The translations under genes were made by a program, and so were the position numbers. This document shows, piece after piece, positions 1-13,226 of a stretch of 64,000 nucleotides of DNA. How positions within the stretch are numbered: the first letter of the stretch is position 1; each line of letters opens with the position of its first letter. This DNA is from Eledone cirrhosa (Eukaryota), in contig OZ024744.1 in assembly GCA_964016885.1 (NCBI GenBank), positions 96,596,001 through 96,660,000 on the forward strand, in the 5' to 3' direction. A model generated the notes under the pieces. The model saw nothing but the letters and a program-made list of their open reading frames with translations. It was not told the origin of the DNA and searched no databases.

Positions 1-313
1 GTGGCGGTGATGTCGATACCGAGGCAGCGGTGGCGGTGATGCGACCGTATTACTGTAGTGATGGTGCTGTAGCGGTGGCAGCAGCAGTGAAGGAGTCAGG
101 GGGTGGTGGCGGCGGTGATGGGACAGCGGTGGCAATGATGGCCGCAGTGAGCGGTGGCGGTGAAGGTGAAAATGCTGTTGTGTTTAGTGTACACAGATGA
201 TGGGGTGGGTGGTGTATCTAGTTTCTGGTGTTGGTGAGTTTCGCTGTCCTATATAGTGTAGCCAGAGGAGAGGAGGGGGGGGGGGGTTCTTCTTCTTCCA
301 TTTATAGCCATTT

Positions 314-348
<35 letters not shown>

Positions 349-394
349 GATATACAGTGTACAATACAAAGTTGAATATTTGAATATTTGAGCC
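1..394 (-). mobile_element. 5' UTR of an R4/Dong family A copy (A0) that continues off the left edge
   Basis: Near-identical to the 5' UTR of copies A2 (about 18550-18905) and A3 (about 29130-29465). Confidence 0.85.
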
Positions 395-469
395 GTATTA
401 CTGTAGGTCCTTATACTTGCTCAATTTTTCAAATGTTTTTATAGATACATTCTTGTCTATTGGAACAGA

Positions 470-520
<51 letters not shown>

Positions 521-521
<1 letters not shown>

Positions 522-1999
522 TGCATTTATCTTGCTTTATGTTCATACGAGTTATCACCAAGTCACAACCAGTGGCCTCAAGAGACAACAAGGTCCGCCA
601 TGTTCAAGAAAGAACATACATACTCACACATGCATCTTTAGTGTTTAGACTTGTGATGTACTTATATTGACAGGATCTTCCTTAGTATATGGGCAGTTCC
701 CATTAGTACTATCTTTTGTATTTCTCCTATACGCGGGTTTCCTGGGATTTGCGATAAGTAGTCGTTAGACCCCTTAGGTATCATTCCCAGAGCGCCTACA
801 ACCACTGGTATTGTTTTAGTTCTCAATTTCCACATTTTTCCAATTTCTATCTCCAGGTCCTTATACTTGCTCAATTTTTCAAATGTTTTTATAGATACAT
901 TCTTGTCTATTGGAACAGACATATCAATTAGCAGGCATACCCTCCTTTGAAAGTCCTTCAATATTATATCAGGTCTATTTGCATCTATTTTTCGGTCTGT
1001 TTGGATGCTAAAGTTCCACAAGATTGAGATGTGATCTTTTTCAAGTATGGGAGGTGGTTGATGCTCCCACCAATTCTTTTGATGGGGCAGGTCAAAATGC
1101 TTACACATTATCCAATGTATGTATTGTGCAGCTCTGTCATGCCTGTTTAGGTATTCGGTTGGAGCTATAGGACTGCACATTGAAATTATATGGTCAATGG
1201 TCTCTGGTTGTTTTTTGCATACACGGCATAATGGGCTGCATCCATTTTTTATTATGTTGGCTTGGTAATTTTTTGTTGGCAGACACTGATCTTGTGCTGA
1301 TATAATCAGTCCTTCAGTCTCCGATTTCAGTCCAGAGGATGCCAACCACTGATGGGTTAAAGTTTTGTCAACATCAGGATTGTTAGCTCGCTCTGGGTAT
1401 TTTCCATACAGAGGCTTTTCTTGCCATTTCTTAGCCAGTTTCTGTAGCAGTTCTTTCTTTGCAGTTACTTTTACCTGCTTTGCTTTTTCTGTGTTTTCCA
1501 TTTCAGCAGTAAATGGGACTTCTGAAATTTGTAGTCCATTACTGTATCTTTGTGCATCTTTTGTAATGGAATATGATCTTTTGGTGCTTTCGTGTTTCAA
1601 AACGAGTTTGATCATCCAATCATGTGATTCCCTTAGATATGTGGAAAATCCAATTGTTGCAGTTTTCAACGCAATGTCTAACTGGATTAACCCACGTCCT
1701 CCTTCTTTCCTAGGGAGATATATTCTATCTATGTCTGCCTTAGGGTGATGCATTCTGTGCATGGTTAAGAATTTTCGGATTTTTGTATCGAGCCTACGGA
1801 TCTCTGTGCTTGACCAGTTGATGACATTGTAACTGTAGGTTACTACTGGTATGGCAAGCGTGTTTATAGCAATCGATCCTATTCCTTGCATTCAATTCCG
1901 TTCTTAAGATTGCTCTGACTCTGCGGTAACATTCCTTCCTTATCCTTTCCCTCATTGTCGAGTGCTTGATTCCGTCTCCTTCACAAACACCTAGATATT
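521..1999 (-). mobile_element. 5'-truncated R4/Dong non-LTR retrotransposon, family B (B1)
   Basis: ORF 662-1891 has a CCHC knuckle (CRVC..HIISMC), RHD and the RLE motif RPDIILKD..IDMSVP. Flanked by (ATT)n at 471-520 and 2000-2024. Near-identical to 8040-9510. Confidence 0.92.
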
Positions 2000-2024
2000 T
2001 ATTATTATTATTGTTATTGTTATT

Positions 2025-4341
2025 CCTTGAATCTCAGTCATTGATGTTGGTTAACTGGAAAGTCCGTTGGATTGAATATCAAGCCACTACCTACAGCCTC
2101 AGATATTCAGGACGTATCGGAGGGTTCTTGCTGTTCCAAGCAAGCATGCCTTTTGAAGCGTTCCAAAAAGCGTGAAGGGGCCGATTTTCTTTAACCATCC
2201 CTGGAAACCTTTGGAGATAGTCCCCAGTGCGCCTATGACAATCGGGATCACTTTGACTTCATGGCAGTTCCAAATCCTTTTCACCTCCCACTTTAGGTCC
2301 TGGTATCGGTTAATTTTCTCCCTCTCCTTCTCTTGCACTCTCGTGTCGAACGGGCAGGCCACATCCACAATCAGGCACGATCTTTTTTCTTTGTCCACAA
2401 CCACCAGGTCAGGTCTATTGTGTTCCAGTTTTTTGTCCGTCTGTATCCTAAAATCCCACAGCACCTTCACCTGACTGTTCTCCATCACCGCCTCTGGCTA
2501 TGCTCATACCATTTCTCAGAATGTGGTAGATTGTTTACTTTGCACAGGTGCCAGTGGATCACCCTGCCCATCACATCGTGTCTCCAGCCCTTATAGTAGG
2601 TCTGGGCTAGGTGTTTACACTCGGACACAATGTGAGCCACAGTCTCCTCTCTCTCTCCACAGATCCTGCACAGTGGGCTAGCCTCCTCCTTGTAGATATG
2701 GTGCTTCAACCACTTCGTTTTGAGGGCCTGCTCCTGCGCAGCCATTAGCATTCCTTCTGTAGCCTTTTTGAGGTCTCCTCTTCTCAACCAGTTCCATGTC
2801 TGTGGATCTCTAAATTCAGTTTTCTCAAAGAAGGTACTATGAAGGGATTTTCCCTTAAGGCTGCTCTTCCTCCTTGATGTTATTTCCTCCTTGGACATCC
2901 CCTGGCCTACTGTCCCCTCCTTCAGTACAGTTCTGAGCATTGGCTCCTTACTATAGGTCACGTATTTGTATAGGTTGTTTTTCTCCATCTGAACACAGTC
3001 CTCTATGCTGATAAGACCTCTTCCACCCTCAGATCTCCTTAGGTAGAGTCTATCGACATCACTCCTCTTGTGGAACATGTTGTAGATAGTCAATAGCTTC
3101 CTAGTCTTCCTATCCATTTCTTTTTGTTCAGCAACATTCCATCTCAGAATTCCCGCACTGTACCTAATAATAGACACAGCTCGGGAATTTACTGCGCTTA
3201 TGGCATTTCTGCTGTTCAGATGTGACTTCAATACGCTCCTTACTCTCCGAATGTATTCAGTTCTTAACAATTCCTTCATTTTTTTGTTCTTTATGCCATC
3301 AGCCTCCAGAACGCCCAAATACTTGTATCCTTCCTCAGAGTCAATTTCCTTTATCATCTCACCTGTTGGTATCTGGATCCCGTTACTTCTGCTCAACCTA
3401 CCCCTCTTCATCACAATGACTCCACATTTACCAATACCAAACTGCATACATATATCACTGCTGAAAATACGGACAGTGTCAACAAGCACATCCAACTCCT
3501 TCTCACTTTTCCCGAAGAGCTTAAGATCGTCCATGAAGAGGAGGTGATTGATGGTAAGCTCTCCCCTTCCCAACTTGTATCCTGCTCTCACTTTTCGCAG
3601 CATAATGGTCAAGGGCATCAGGGCAAGGACAAACAACAGAGGGGACAGGCTATCTCCCTGGAAGATACCTCTCTTGATCTTCACGCTTCCCAAGGATACT
3701 CCAGTTGATGTCAACTCTGTCTCCCAGGACCCCATACTCCTGCCCAGCAACTGTCTGATGTTATCTGCCACCCTGAAGACCTCCAGGCTTTTGGTGATCC
3801 AGGAATGAGGCACCATGTCAAATGCCTTTCTGTAGTCTATCCATCCCATGGCAAGATCAGTGTGTCTCCTCCTGCAATTCCCCATTACCATCTTATCAAT
3901 AAGCAACTGGTCCTTTGTACCACGTGACTTCTTTCGGCATCCTTTCTGTTCGTCCGGTAACAAGTTGTTTGTGTGGAGGTGATGGTAGATTTCCTCAGAC
4001 ACAATGCTCGTCAACAGTTTCCACATTACGGGCAGACATGTGATAGGTCTATAGTTGGTAACATCATTACCCTTGATTCGGTCTTTCATTATCAGAACTG
4101 TGGTACCTTTTGTCAACCACTCTGGCACCTCACCCGACACCAAGCAGTCATCGAACATGGCCGTCAGCTTCGGGTGGAGGGATGTTAAATGTTTAATCCA
4201 ATACCCCTGCACACCATCTGGGCCTGGTGATTTCCAGTTGGTTAGTTTTTTGGCTTGCCCCTTAAGAGTTTCAACTGTGATACTCAAATCAGTCTGTTGT
4301 TGTGCCTTCTCACCGATCTCCCTCTGTACTGTCTCAATCCA
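2025..4341 (-). mobile_element. 5'-truncated R4/Dong element, family A (A1), with a 1-nt frameshift near 2497
   Basis: ORFs 2485-4287 (RT: IFQGDSLSP, LFMDD) and 2099-2488 (RLE) match the 3' half of A2/A3. (ATT)n on both sides. Confidence 0.93.
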
Positions 4342-4344
4342 TAA

Positions 4345-4383
<39 letters not shown>

Positions 4384-4384
<1 letters not shown>

Positions 4385-5560
4385 CTGGGAAGGTCGTGGT
4401 TGTAGAATCCTCAAACATTCCAGACGGTCCTGTCAGACACCATCGTCTCCAATTTAACTGGCTGGATTCCAAAACGAGCTCAGTCTACTGGATCCCCAAA
4501 CATGGAAGTTATTCAACTCTCTTGTTCACTCAGGGTCACATACTAGTTGGCTTTGCCCATAAAATATGTGCTACGATTTTTCCCTAGGACTTGTAAAAAG
4601 TTTTGCAGGATAGCCAGAATATTCAATTACAAATATGTTAATGATGGTCCAATTGCAAAAGTGTTAATGATGGTCCAATTACCAGTTTACCGTCAATTGA
4701 CAATGGTGCTTTACTGTCTTCTGTGACGCTAAACTTCCTCAGTTGCAGACTGCGCATCAACATGTGATATTTCACTCCACAAAGTTCGATCACCAACCGC
4801 AGAGTTCAAAGAGCAAAGGTCATGTCCAGTCCATAAGTTGACGTTGTCAAGCCATCGTTTTGACTACCGGCCTCTGCTTCTCTTACCAGCCAACCTTCCT
4901 TCCACGAATATATAATGGTTTCATATATATAGGCACAAGGCCAGCAACTTCCACGAATATATAATTGTTTCTACTTTTGGCACATTACTGGTACTTTATT
5001 TTATTGACCCCGGAAGGATGAAAGGCAAAGTTAACCTCGGCGGGATTTGAACTCAGATCATACAGGGAGGTAACTCTATGCTTCAAAGCATGGCATCCGA
5101 CCCTCTACCGACACTGCCAATCGAATATATAATATCTTTCAATCACCAACCGCAGAGTTCAAAGAGCAAAGGTCATGTCCAGTCCATAAGTTGACGTTGT
5201 CAAGCCATCGTTTTGGCTGCCGGCCTCTGCTTCTCTTACCAGCCAACCTTCCTTCCAGGCATGACCTACTCACACCACGACTTGATATTTTTATATGACC
5301 GTATAGTTTGAGTACTCTTGACTTGACAATTGATGTAATTGGTCTAAGTCTGGTAATGTTGAGCAGCTCACTGATACAGATATGGTGGCTGAGGCACTTG
5401 CCAGTCGTAAGTCTCATGATGTGGTTCTGGAATGTAGAGAGCTTCTGAAGAGACCTTGTCGTCCAATTAACACAGTCAAGATCATATAACACAACTGTAG
5501 TGGTTTTATAAGAATTGATTTTTATTGAGACTTTGTTCATGAACATATTCTGTTGGCATC
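4384..5560 (-). mobile_element. 3' remnant of an RTE-clade LINE, interrupted by SINEs and an internal duplication of about 115 bp
   Basis: ORF 5139-5546 ends LEGRLAGKRSRGRQPKRWLDNV, an RTE-type C-terminus. It continues as AVGDRTLWSEISHV in the duplicate copy near 4786-4904. The putative 3' UTR ends at (TAA)n 4345-4383. Confidence 0.7.
4917..5121 (-). mobile_element. Two tRNA-derived SINE copies (one tiny 3' fragment, one near full length)
   Basis: B-box gagttcaaatcc, core ctttgcctttcatcctt..ggggtc.ataaaataaagtaccag, tail ggccttgtgcc. Target cgaatatataat repeated at 4905, 4954 and 5122. Confidence 0.85.
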
Positions 5561-6121
5561 ATCATAATTTGAAGACTTTGGTAAACTTGCTACTGTTATC
5601 TAGAAACAACCACCGAAAGCAAAGAGTTACTTACCAATAAGATATCACGTTTTAATAAAAGCTAGTAAAGATCAGAATAAAAAAATAAATAAACGGTCTA
5701 CGGTAGTAGAAGAGTTTCATAAAATATTGTCCTATAATATATTGTTCAATAATGTATATCCCAAAGATGGTATCGTTTTCAGATAGAAGGGCTGCCATGC
5801 TGGGGGAGAACAAGTGAAAAACTTTCATGTCTAATATCGTAATTTGTTGTCCGATAAAATTATTGAGAATTTTTAAATAAACAGGAAATCTTAAGGGCAT
5901 TCAATTTTTATTAAACATCTTGCTTATTTACTACATAAGATAAATTTGGAGATAGAGATTCTGTAAGTGAAATTGGATTTCTATAACTGACAAGTTTTTG
6001 ATAAATCTAGATCTCAGAGTCTACCCTATCAAATTAGACTTGATGTTTATGCCTGACAAACATAACAATTTTGATACCACCATGATCAAAACAGGCATTG
6101 GTTCGGTGAAATAAAGCGACC

Positions 6122-6292
6122 AATTTTAAAGAGTTCTTATCTTAAAACCTGCTTTTATATAAGAACCATATGTTAAGTTACTATTTTAGAAATGAAATAA
6201 TTAATAATTTTAAAGAGGTCTTATCTGAAAACAACTTTATATAAAAACCATATGTTAAGTTACTACTTTAGTAATGAAATATTTAATAATTT
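6122..6292. repeat. Tandem duplication of about 82 bp
   Basis: aattttaaagag.tcttatct..aaac...aaccatatgttaagttacta occurs twice in tandem. Confidence 0.75.
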
Positions 6293-7358
6293 TAGTAAAA
6301 TCTCTCAAATATCTAAACTATAATAAAATAAGGATTGCGGGACTGCGTCCAGGATATATCTTTTTTTATGCCGTTTGTAAAATAAGTTGGATTACTTTGA
6401 ATAAATAATGAATGAATATTACATAATTCATCTACTAGATTTCGTTATTCTTGATTAAATATAAATAATGTTGTTACTTATTTTAAGATTCACTTCTTTA
6501 AAATTTTCAAATGTCAACACTTCCGGTTAGCGATTGCTTAAATAAACATTCATATATTTCTGTCATTAATTTTCTCCTAATGCAGTTTATATATAATATC
6601 GTCTTTTTTTAAATGTATCATGGATTACGTTACTGATTACATAAGACAGTGTAACACAGTCTTCGTTCAATTTCTGTGTATATTATCAAATACGATGTTA
6701 TTTGATGTATCATATGTACATGCATATATATTTGCGTATAATATCAATATGCACACTATACATGCTAGCAGAAAACCACCCGAAGGGTGGTTTTTCTGCT
6801 AGTTATTAATAATAAATATTTGAAACAGATTGTATTTTATTAGAGATATAGCCAGGAAAGGTGCATATTTGTAGTTTGCGTAATTCATTTGGGTCCTCAA
6901 AATGAAAGTAATTTGAAATAGTTTCAGTTTGTTTACAGCCAGGCTCTTAACTATTTAATCAGGAATATCAAAGAAAATAATCCAAACATCACATTAGACT
7001 AGCACAAAGAAACAATTACCTCATAGTCGAGGCGGTATGCTATTCGACTATCGAGAATCATATTCACGTCTATCCATTGTCAATCGTTTCATCCTCAGGA
7101 TTGAGATTAGTCATCTATATTTCAATTATCTGGCTTGCAGCTACTGTCATTCTTGCCTGCTTTGCTTTCTCTCTTGTTTCTACCATACAGTTAATAATTT
7201 TATTCCAGACTTTTAACTAGATTTTGGAGATGGATATCGTTTTCTAACACGAATTAATAGAAGATCCCCTTAGCCCAACTTCCAGCAGAAAGGTTCATGA
7301 CATCCATCCATCCATGTTGCGGTTCGACAACAACAGCTCAATACAGCATGTACTAGAC

Positions 7359-7600
7359 TTCTTCTTCTTCTTCTTTGCCTTCTTTGCATTCTTCTTCTTC
7401 TTCTTCTTCTTCTTCTTCTTCTTCTTCTTCTTCTTCTTCTTCTTCTTCTTCTTCTTCACGAGAGTGTCGTGTGGGCAGCAGAGTCCTCAACCACTCCCCC
7501 CGGCGGGTCTTGTCAGAGGCAGCCGTCTCCAATGGATTCGGCTGGATCCACAAGTGTGACCAGCCAAACACAATCAGTAATGTTCGGACACTGAATGTGA
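7359..7600 (-). mobile_element. (GAA)n-tailed LINE 3' end related to the RTE 3' UTR at 4384-4500
   Basis: (TTC)n 7359-7456 followed by sequence sharing tcctcaa..a.tcc, gtc.tgtcaga and cgtctccaat...ggctggat.c with 4384-4480. Confidence 0.5.
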
Positions 7601-8038
7601 GCATGCAGAACAGATTCGTCTATTTTCAAGTATTTAAGATAGATTTTTTTAGGACAAGGTCGTGGAGGCAGAGTCCTCTAACGCTTGGAAAACAAAATAT
7701 GTATTAGGGTCCATGTGATCGACTAAATCCTTTCAAGGCGGGGCCGCGCCACGGCCACATATGACTGAAATCAGTAAATGAGCAAAAGAATAAAGGTATA
7801 ACACTGAAATTAAATCACCCAAGACACCTCCAACGAGATATACCTTGGAGGAGGTCAGCTAAACCTACATAGGTGTGAGCTGTCACATACACACATATAC
7901 TCATCCATCGGCAGGATGGAAGTAAAATAAATTGATCTGGTTAATAAGTTGTTTTAACAGATAGGTCATTTTCTGGAATGATCTAAATTGTATAAAGATT
8001 GAATACACAAACTCTTTATTATTATTATTATTATTATT

Positions 8039-11000
8039 ACAGTTGCATTTATCTTGCTTTATGTTCATACGAGTTATCACCAAGTCGCAACCAGTGACCT
8101 CAAGAGACAACAAGGTCCGCCATGTTCAAGAAAGAACATACATATTCACACATGCATCTTTAGTGTTTAGACTTGTGATGTACTTATATTGACAGGATCT
8201 TCCTTAGTATATGGGCAGTTCCCATTAGTACTATCTTTTGTATTTCTCCTATACGCGGGTTTCCTGGGATTTGCGATATGTAATCATTAGACCCCTTAGG
8301 TATCATTCCCAGAGCGCCTACAACCACTGGTATTGTTTTAGTTCTCAATTTCCACATTTTTCCAATTTCTATCTCCAGGTCCTTATACTTGCTCAATTTT
8401 TCAAATGTTTTTATAGATACATTCTTGTCTATTGGAACAGACATATCAATTAGCAGGCATACCCTCTTTTGAAAGTCTTTCAATATTATATCAGGTCTGT
8501 TTGCATCTATTTTTCGGTCTGTTTGGATGCTAAAGTTCCACAAGATTGAGATGTGATCTTTTTCAAGTATGGGAGGTGGTTGATGCTCCCACCAATTCTT
8601 TTGATGGGGCAGGTCAAAATGCTTACACATTATCCAATGTATGTATTGTGCATCTCTGTCATGCCTGTTTAGGTATTCGGTTGGAGCTATAGGACTGCAC
8701 ATTGAAATTATATGGTCAATGGTCTCTGGTTGTTTTTTGCATACACGGCATAATGGGCTGCACCCATTTTTTATTATGTTGGCTTGGTAATTTTTTGTTG
8801 GCAGACACTGATCTTGTGCCGATATAATCAGTCCTTCAGTCTCCGATTTCAGTCCAGAGGATGCCAACCACTGATGGGTTAAAGTTTTGCCAACATCAGG
8901 ATTGTTAGCTCGCTCTGGGTATTTTCCATACAGAGGCTTTTCTTGCCATTTCTTAGCCAGTTTCTGTAGCAGTTCTTTCTTTGCAGTTACTTTTACCTGC
9001 TTTGCTTTTTCTGTGTTTTCCATTTCAGCAGTAAATGGGACTTCTGAAATGTGTAGTCCATTACTGTATCTTTGTGCATCTTTTGTAATGGAATATGATC
9101 TTTTGATGCTTTCGTGTTTCAAAACGAGTTTGATCATCCAATCATGCGATTCCCTTAGATATGTAGATAATCCAATTGTTGCAGTTTTCAACGCAATGTC
9201 TAACTGGATTAACCCACGTCCTCCTTCTTTCCTAGGGAGATATATTCTATCTATATCTGCCTTAGGGTGATGCATTCTGTGCATGGTTAAGAATTTTCGA
9301 ATTTTTGTATCGAGCCTACGGATCTCTGTGCTTGACCAGTTGATGACATTGTAACTGTAGGTTACTACTGGTATGGCAAGCGTGTTTATGGCATCCTTGC
9401 ATTCAATTCCGTTCTTAAGATTGCTCTTACTCTGCGGTAACATTCCTTCCTTATCCTTTCCCTCATTGTCGAGTGCTTCATTCCGTCTCCTTCACAAACA
9501 CCTAGATATTTGTAAGTTTTTTCTTGATCAAGTTCTCTTATCACGTTCCCCCGATCAAGATTAATGTCTGAGCTCTTCAGCAGCTTTCCTCTGGTGAACG
9601 TTGCTTTAGCGCATTTATCTAGTCCAACTCTATTTTAATGTCATCACTGAACTGCTCCACAGTGGATAATAGCCCTTGCAATTGTTCATCATTTTTTGCA
9701 AATAGTTTCAGGTCATCCATGTAGAACAAGTGATTAATGGTTTTGTCATAGACTTTATATCCATGTTTTGTTTCATTGAGCATTTTACTTAATGGTATAA
9801 GTGCGATGCAGAATAAAAGCGGTGATAAAGAGTCACCCTGAAAAATTCCACAATTAATATTAACTTCTCCAGCTTCCAGTGATTTTGTTTCACTATTCAA
9901 AAGGAGTCTCGTTTTCCATGTCTTCATACTGAATGACAAAAACCTCCTGACAACGGGGGATATTTTGAAAATCTCTAAACATTTTTCAATCCAACTGTGT
10001 GGCAAACTATCGAATGCTTTTTTATAATCTATCCAAGCAATGGATAGATTTTTGTGTCTATTATGACAATCTTCCAGTATCATTTTGTTAACCAAAAGCT
10101 GATCCTTACAGCCATATGAGCCTCGTTTACACCCTTTCTGCTCAATGGGAAATAGGTCATATGTGTATTCAGTTAGGACTGATGTTAAAATTTTATACAT
10201 TGTGGTCAAGCAAGTTATCGGTCTGTAATTTTTGGGATTGTTTGTCTCATCATTCTTCGGAAGCAGGAATGTAATGCCGTTAACTAGCCATGGTGGTATC
10301 TTTTCTGGCTCTTTAACTATTTCATTGTAAAGTTGGGCTAACAGCTCATGAGACTCTGTGAAGGCATTTATCCAAACATTTTGTATTTTGTCTTTTCCTG
10401 GGGATTTCCATTTGCTGGTTTTTCTTAGAGCCAAGCGCAACTGTTCAACTGTTATATTTTCCCATATTTGTTCCTCAAGGTGAGCTGTATCTTTCATTTG
10501 TCTGTCTATCCATTGGGCATGTATGTTATGAACTTTTTCTTCGGCTCAGATCTTTTCCCAGAATTCTTGCACTTCCTCCTTGGGTGCTATTGATTTAGCG
10601 GTTATTGTTGACTTAGCAATTTTTCTGTAGAAGTTTCTTTGGTTGTTTTTGAACATATTATTGTCCTTATAGAATCTAGATCGTTTTTCAAAGCGCCTTA
10701 TACGAGCAGCTTTGGCCGACACTTTTTGCTTGATTATTTCTATCAGCATGTCTATGTCACTTGTTGATTTTATACTGTACTTTCTTTTCAATTTTCTAAG
10801 TTTAGTTTGTTTAACATGTTCACCTACTTTATAGTTTGTTAAAATTTCTATGTCAGATCGGAGAAGGTTTATTTGGCGATTGATGTTCTCTTGCCAAGTA
10901 GATTTCTTGTGGGAATTCCTTTGTTTTTTTATCTTCACTCCACATAAGTGAGTGGTGACTTTAGCCAATGCATAATAGAGATGATTTAAATCAGTAATGT

Positions 11001-12717
11001 TTAGTTTGTTTGTGATGATAATGTTTTTGAGAATTATGTTAGTCTTGTGTATTATCTTTTGGTTCTGTTTGGAGTTCTGGATCTTAGGGATGGTGTCTCG
11101 TTGCCCCATGTCAGATTCTTTCATTTTCATCCATTCGATCATAATTTCATCCTTCAAGTTGGCAAGTTCATTCTCATTCATTTCTTTATCATTTACGATC
11201 TCATTATTTTCATTTGGAGTTTCATCTTGAGCATGCACTCCCTCTACTTTTTCGATCCTTTCTTTAATTTGTTCTGTTGCCAGTGATTCCGCCCCAACCC
11301 TGGGATTCGAAGTGTTACAATTTACCTCGTTTTCACTGACACATGTTTCATTTTCCCTTCGCTGACTTTGTGCTAATAGCTTGATCTGATCAATTTCTAT
11401 ATCAGTTAGTAACTTTTTTCTTACAATATTTCTTCGTATATTGGCTAGTTTGTTACTGTCAATATAGCCTCTGTTTTCGGGATGTTTCTTTTTCCAGTTG
11501 ATATATGTCTGTTCTGTATTCGATGTATTTGATGGGTAGTACATGGCAGTGTAGAAAGCCTCAAGGACTTCTTTATTATCTTCCCTTGACCATTTTTCTC
11601 TCTTTTTCTTTGGATTTCTTGGTGGTGAGCATGGAGGGCCAACAGTAGGAGTATTCCGGTTATGGGAGGTCTCCAGCTCCGAAGTGATGGGAAGGTTTGA
11701 ACCATTAGCTGATTTTTCGACCCCAGTCTGGTTCCTCTCTGAGGGACGCGGCCCTTTTTTACCCGGGTGACGGCCGATCCGGTATGAGATTTTATCATTA
11801 GACATTTACTTTATTTTGTCGCGTTTTATCCTTATCCGCCAAGGGGTAATCATTTCGTGTTACCACTTCTAGAACGAGTGTCAACCAAGACTATAGGGGT
11901 CGTTCTCCCCTAGAGACACGGCTATTCCCCGCCGGCCGCCATCCCGGTATTTCTTGGTCACGGGGTTTTCTTTTTGTTGTTTTTTTAAAATTGTTATTAT
12001 CATGCGTGGTTCCTTAATGTGAGCATTGCGTGGCTTAAGAATGAAATTATTAATAATTGTCTCCACTCCAGGCACAAGGCCAGCAATCACCCAGTGCATT
12101 ACAATAATATAATATACTTTTTGCTGAAGTTGCCTGTTATTGTTGTTGGCTATGTCGGTGGTGCTACTGGGGCTGTTTATATTGTTGGCGAGGAAGGGGG
12201 GAGCCAGCAGTGCCATAGTTGTTGACGTATGGCCGGTCCCAGGTCACTAAGTCAATCTATTTATATCTTTTGCCAGCCTCTCCCTTGTCTAGTGATACCG
12301 CCACCTTCCCCTTTCTTAAGTTAACAGGGGAATAGTGGTGGTAGCAATGAAGGAGTGGTGGCGGCGGTGATGACATAGTGGTAGCAATGATGGTTGGAGT
12401 GGTGGCGGCGGTGGCGTTGTCGTTACTGAGTTTTGTGATATGTAGTATCTATGAGTTTGTGTCGCGTATGTTTAATATATGTGTTGACATATTCCCCTAA
12501 AATTGGAATTAAACATTTTGTTAAAACTTGAGACAATAATAATAGTAATTATTATTATGATGCTGGGATTGGTGGTGGTGGTGGTGAAATTGCCGTTATC
12601 TGGCTGTTATATTTAGTGTGATTGGTTAGGTGGTGCATCAAGTTTCTGGTGTTGGTGAAATTGCTATTTGGCTGTTCTATATAGTGTAGACAGAGGGTGT
12701 TTTCTTCCATTTATAAC

Positions 12718-12720
<3 letters not shown>
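8039..12720 (-). mobile_element. Near full-length R4/Dong element, family B (B2)
   Basis: Bounded by (ATT)n 8016-8038 and 12719-12748. Has a 3' UTR, a broken ORF and a 5' UTR of about 0.9 kb. Confidence 0.9.
8184..11805 (-). pseudogene. Disrupted RT-RLE polyprotein of B2
   Basis: Pieces: 10546-11805 (Myb-like WSREDNKEVLEAFY), 9619-10497 (RT, IFQGDSLSP, FYMDD) and 8184-9443 (CCHC, RLE), separated by stops or frameshifts. Confidence 0.9.
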
Positions 12721-12748
<28 letters not shown>

Positions 12749-12750
<2 letters not shown>

Positions 12751-13185
12751 ACTTTACCTTTCATCCTTACGGGGTCGATAAAATAAAGTACCAGTAATTC
12801 ACTGGGTTATTGCTGGCCTTGTGCCAAAAGTAGAAACAGTTATTATTGTTATTATTGTTGTTTCTGTTTGTGTGAGGGCGCTGGATTGGTAGTATTGGTA
12901 GAGGGTCGGACGCCATGCTTTGCAGCATATAGTTACGGCCATTTATGAAATTCCGCCGAGGTTAACTTTCATCCTTACGGAGTCGATAAAATAAAGTACC
13001 AGTCACACACTGGGGTCGATTTAATCGACTTTCCCCTCCCCCAAAATTGCTGGCCTTGTGCCTATATAAGAAACCACTATTATTGCTGTTTTTGTGAGGG
13101 CGCTGGATTGGCAGTATCGGTAGAGGACGCCTTGTTTTGCAGCATAGAGTTCCGGCCCTTTATGATCTGAGTGCAAATCCCGCAA

Positions 13186-13226
<41 letters not shown>

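Noticed and set aside
6765-6802. Bacterial intrinsic terminator
   Set aside because: The context is a eukaryotic intron with no adjacent prokaryotic gene.
12873-12960. tRNA gene (A and B boxes)
   Set aside because: It is a SINE head running into the SINE core, with no complete cloverleaf.
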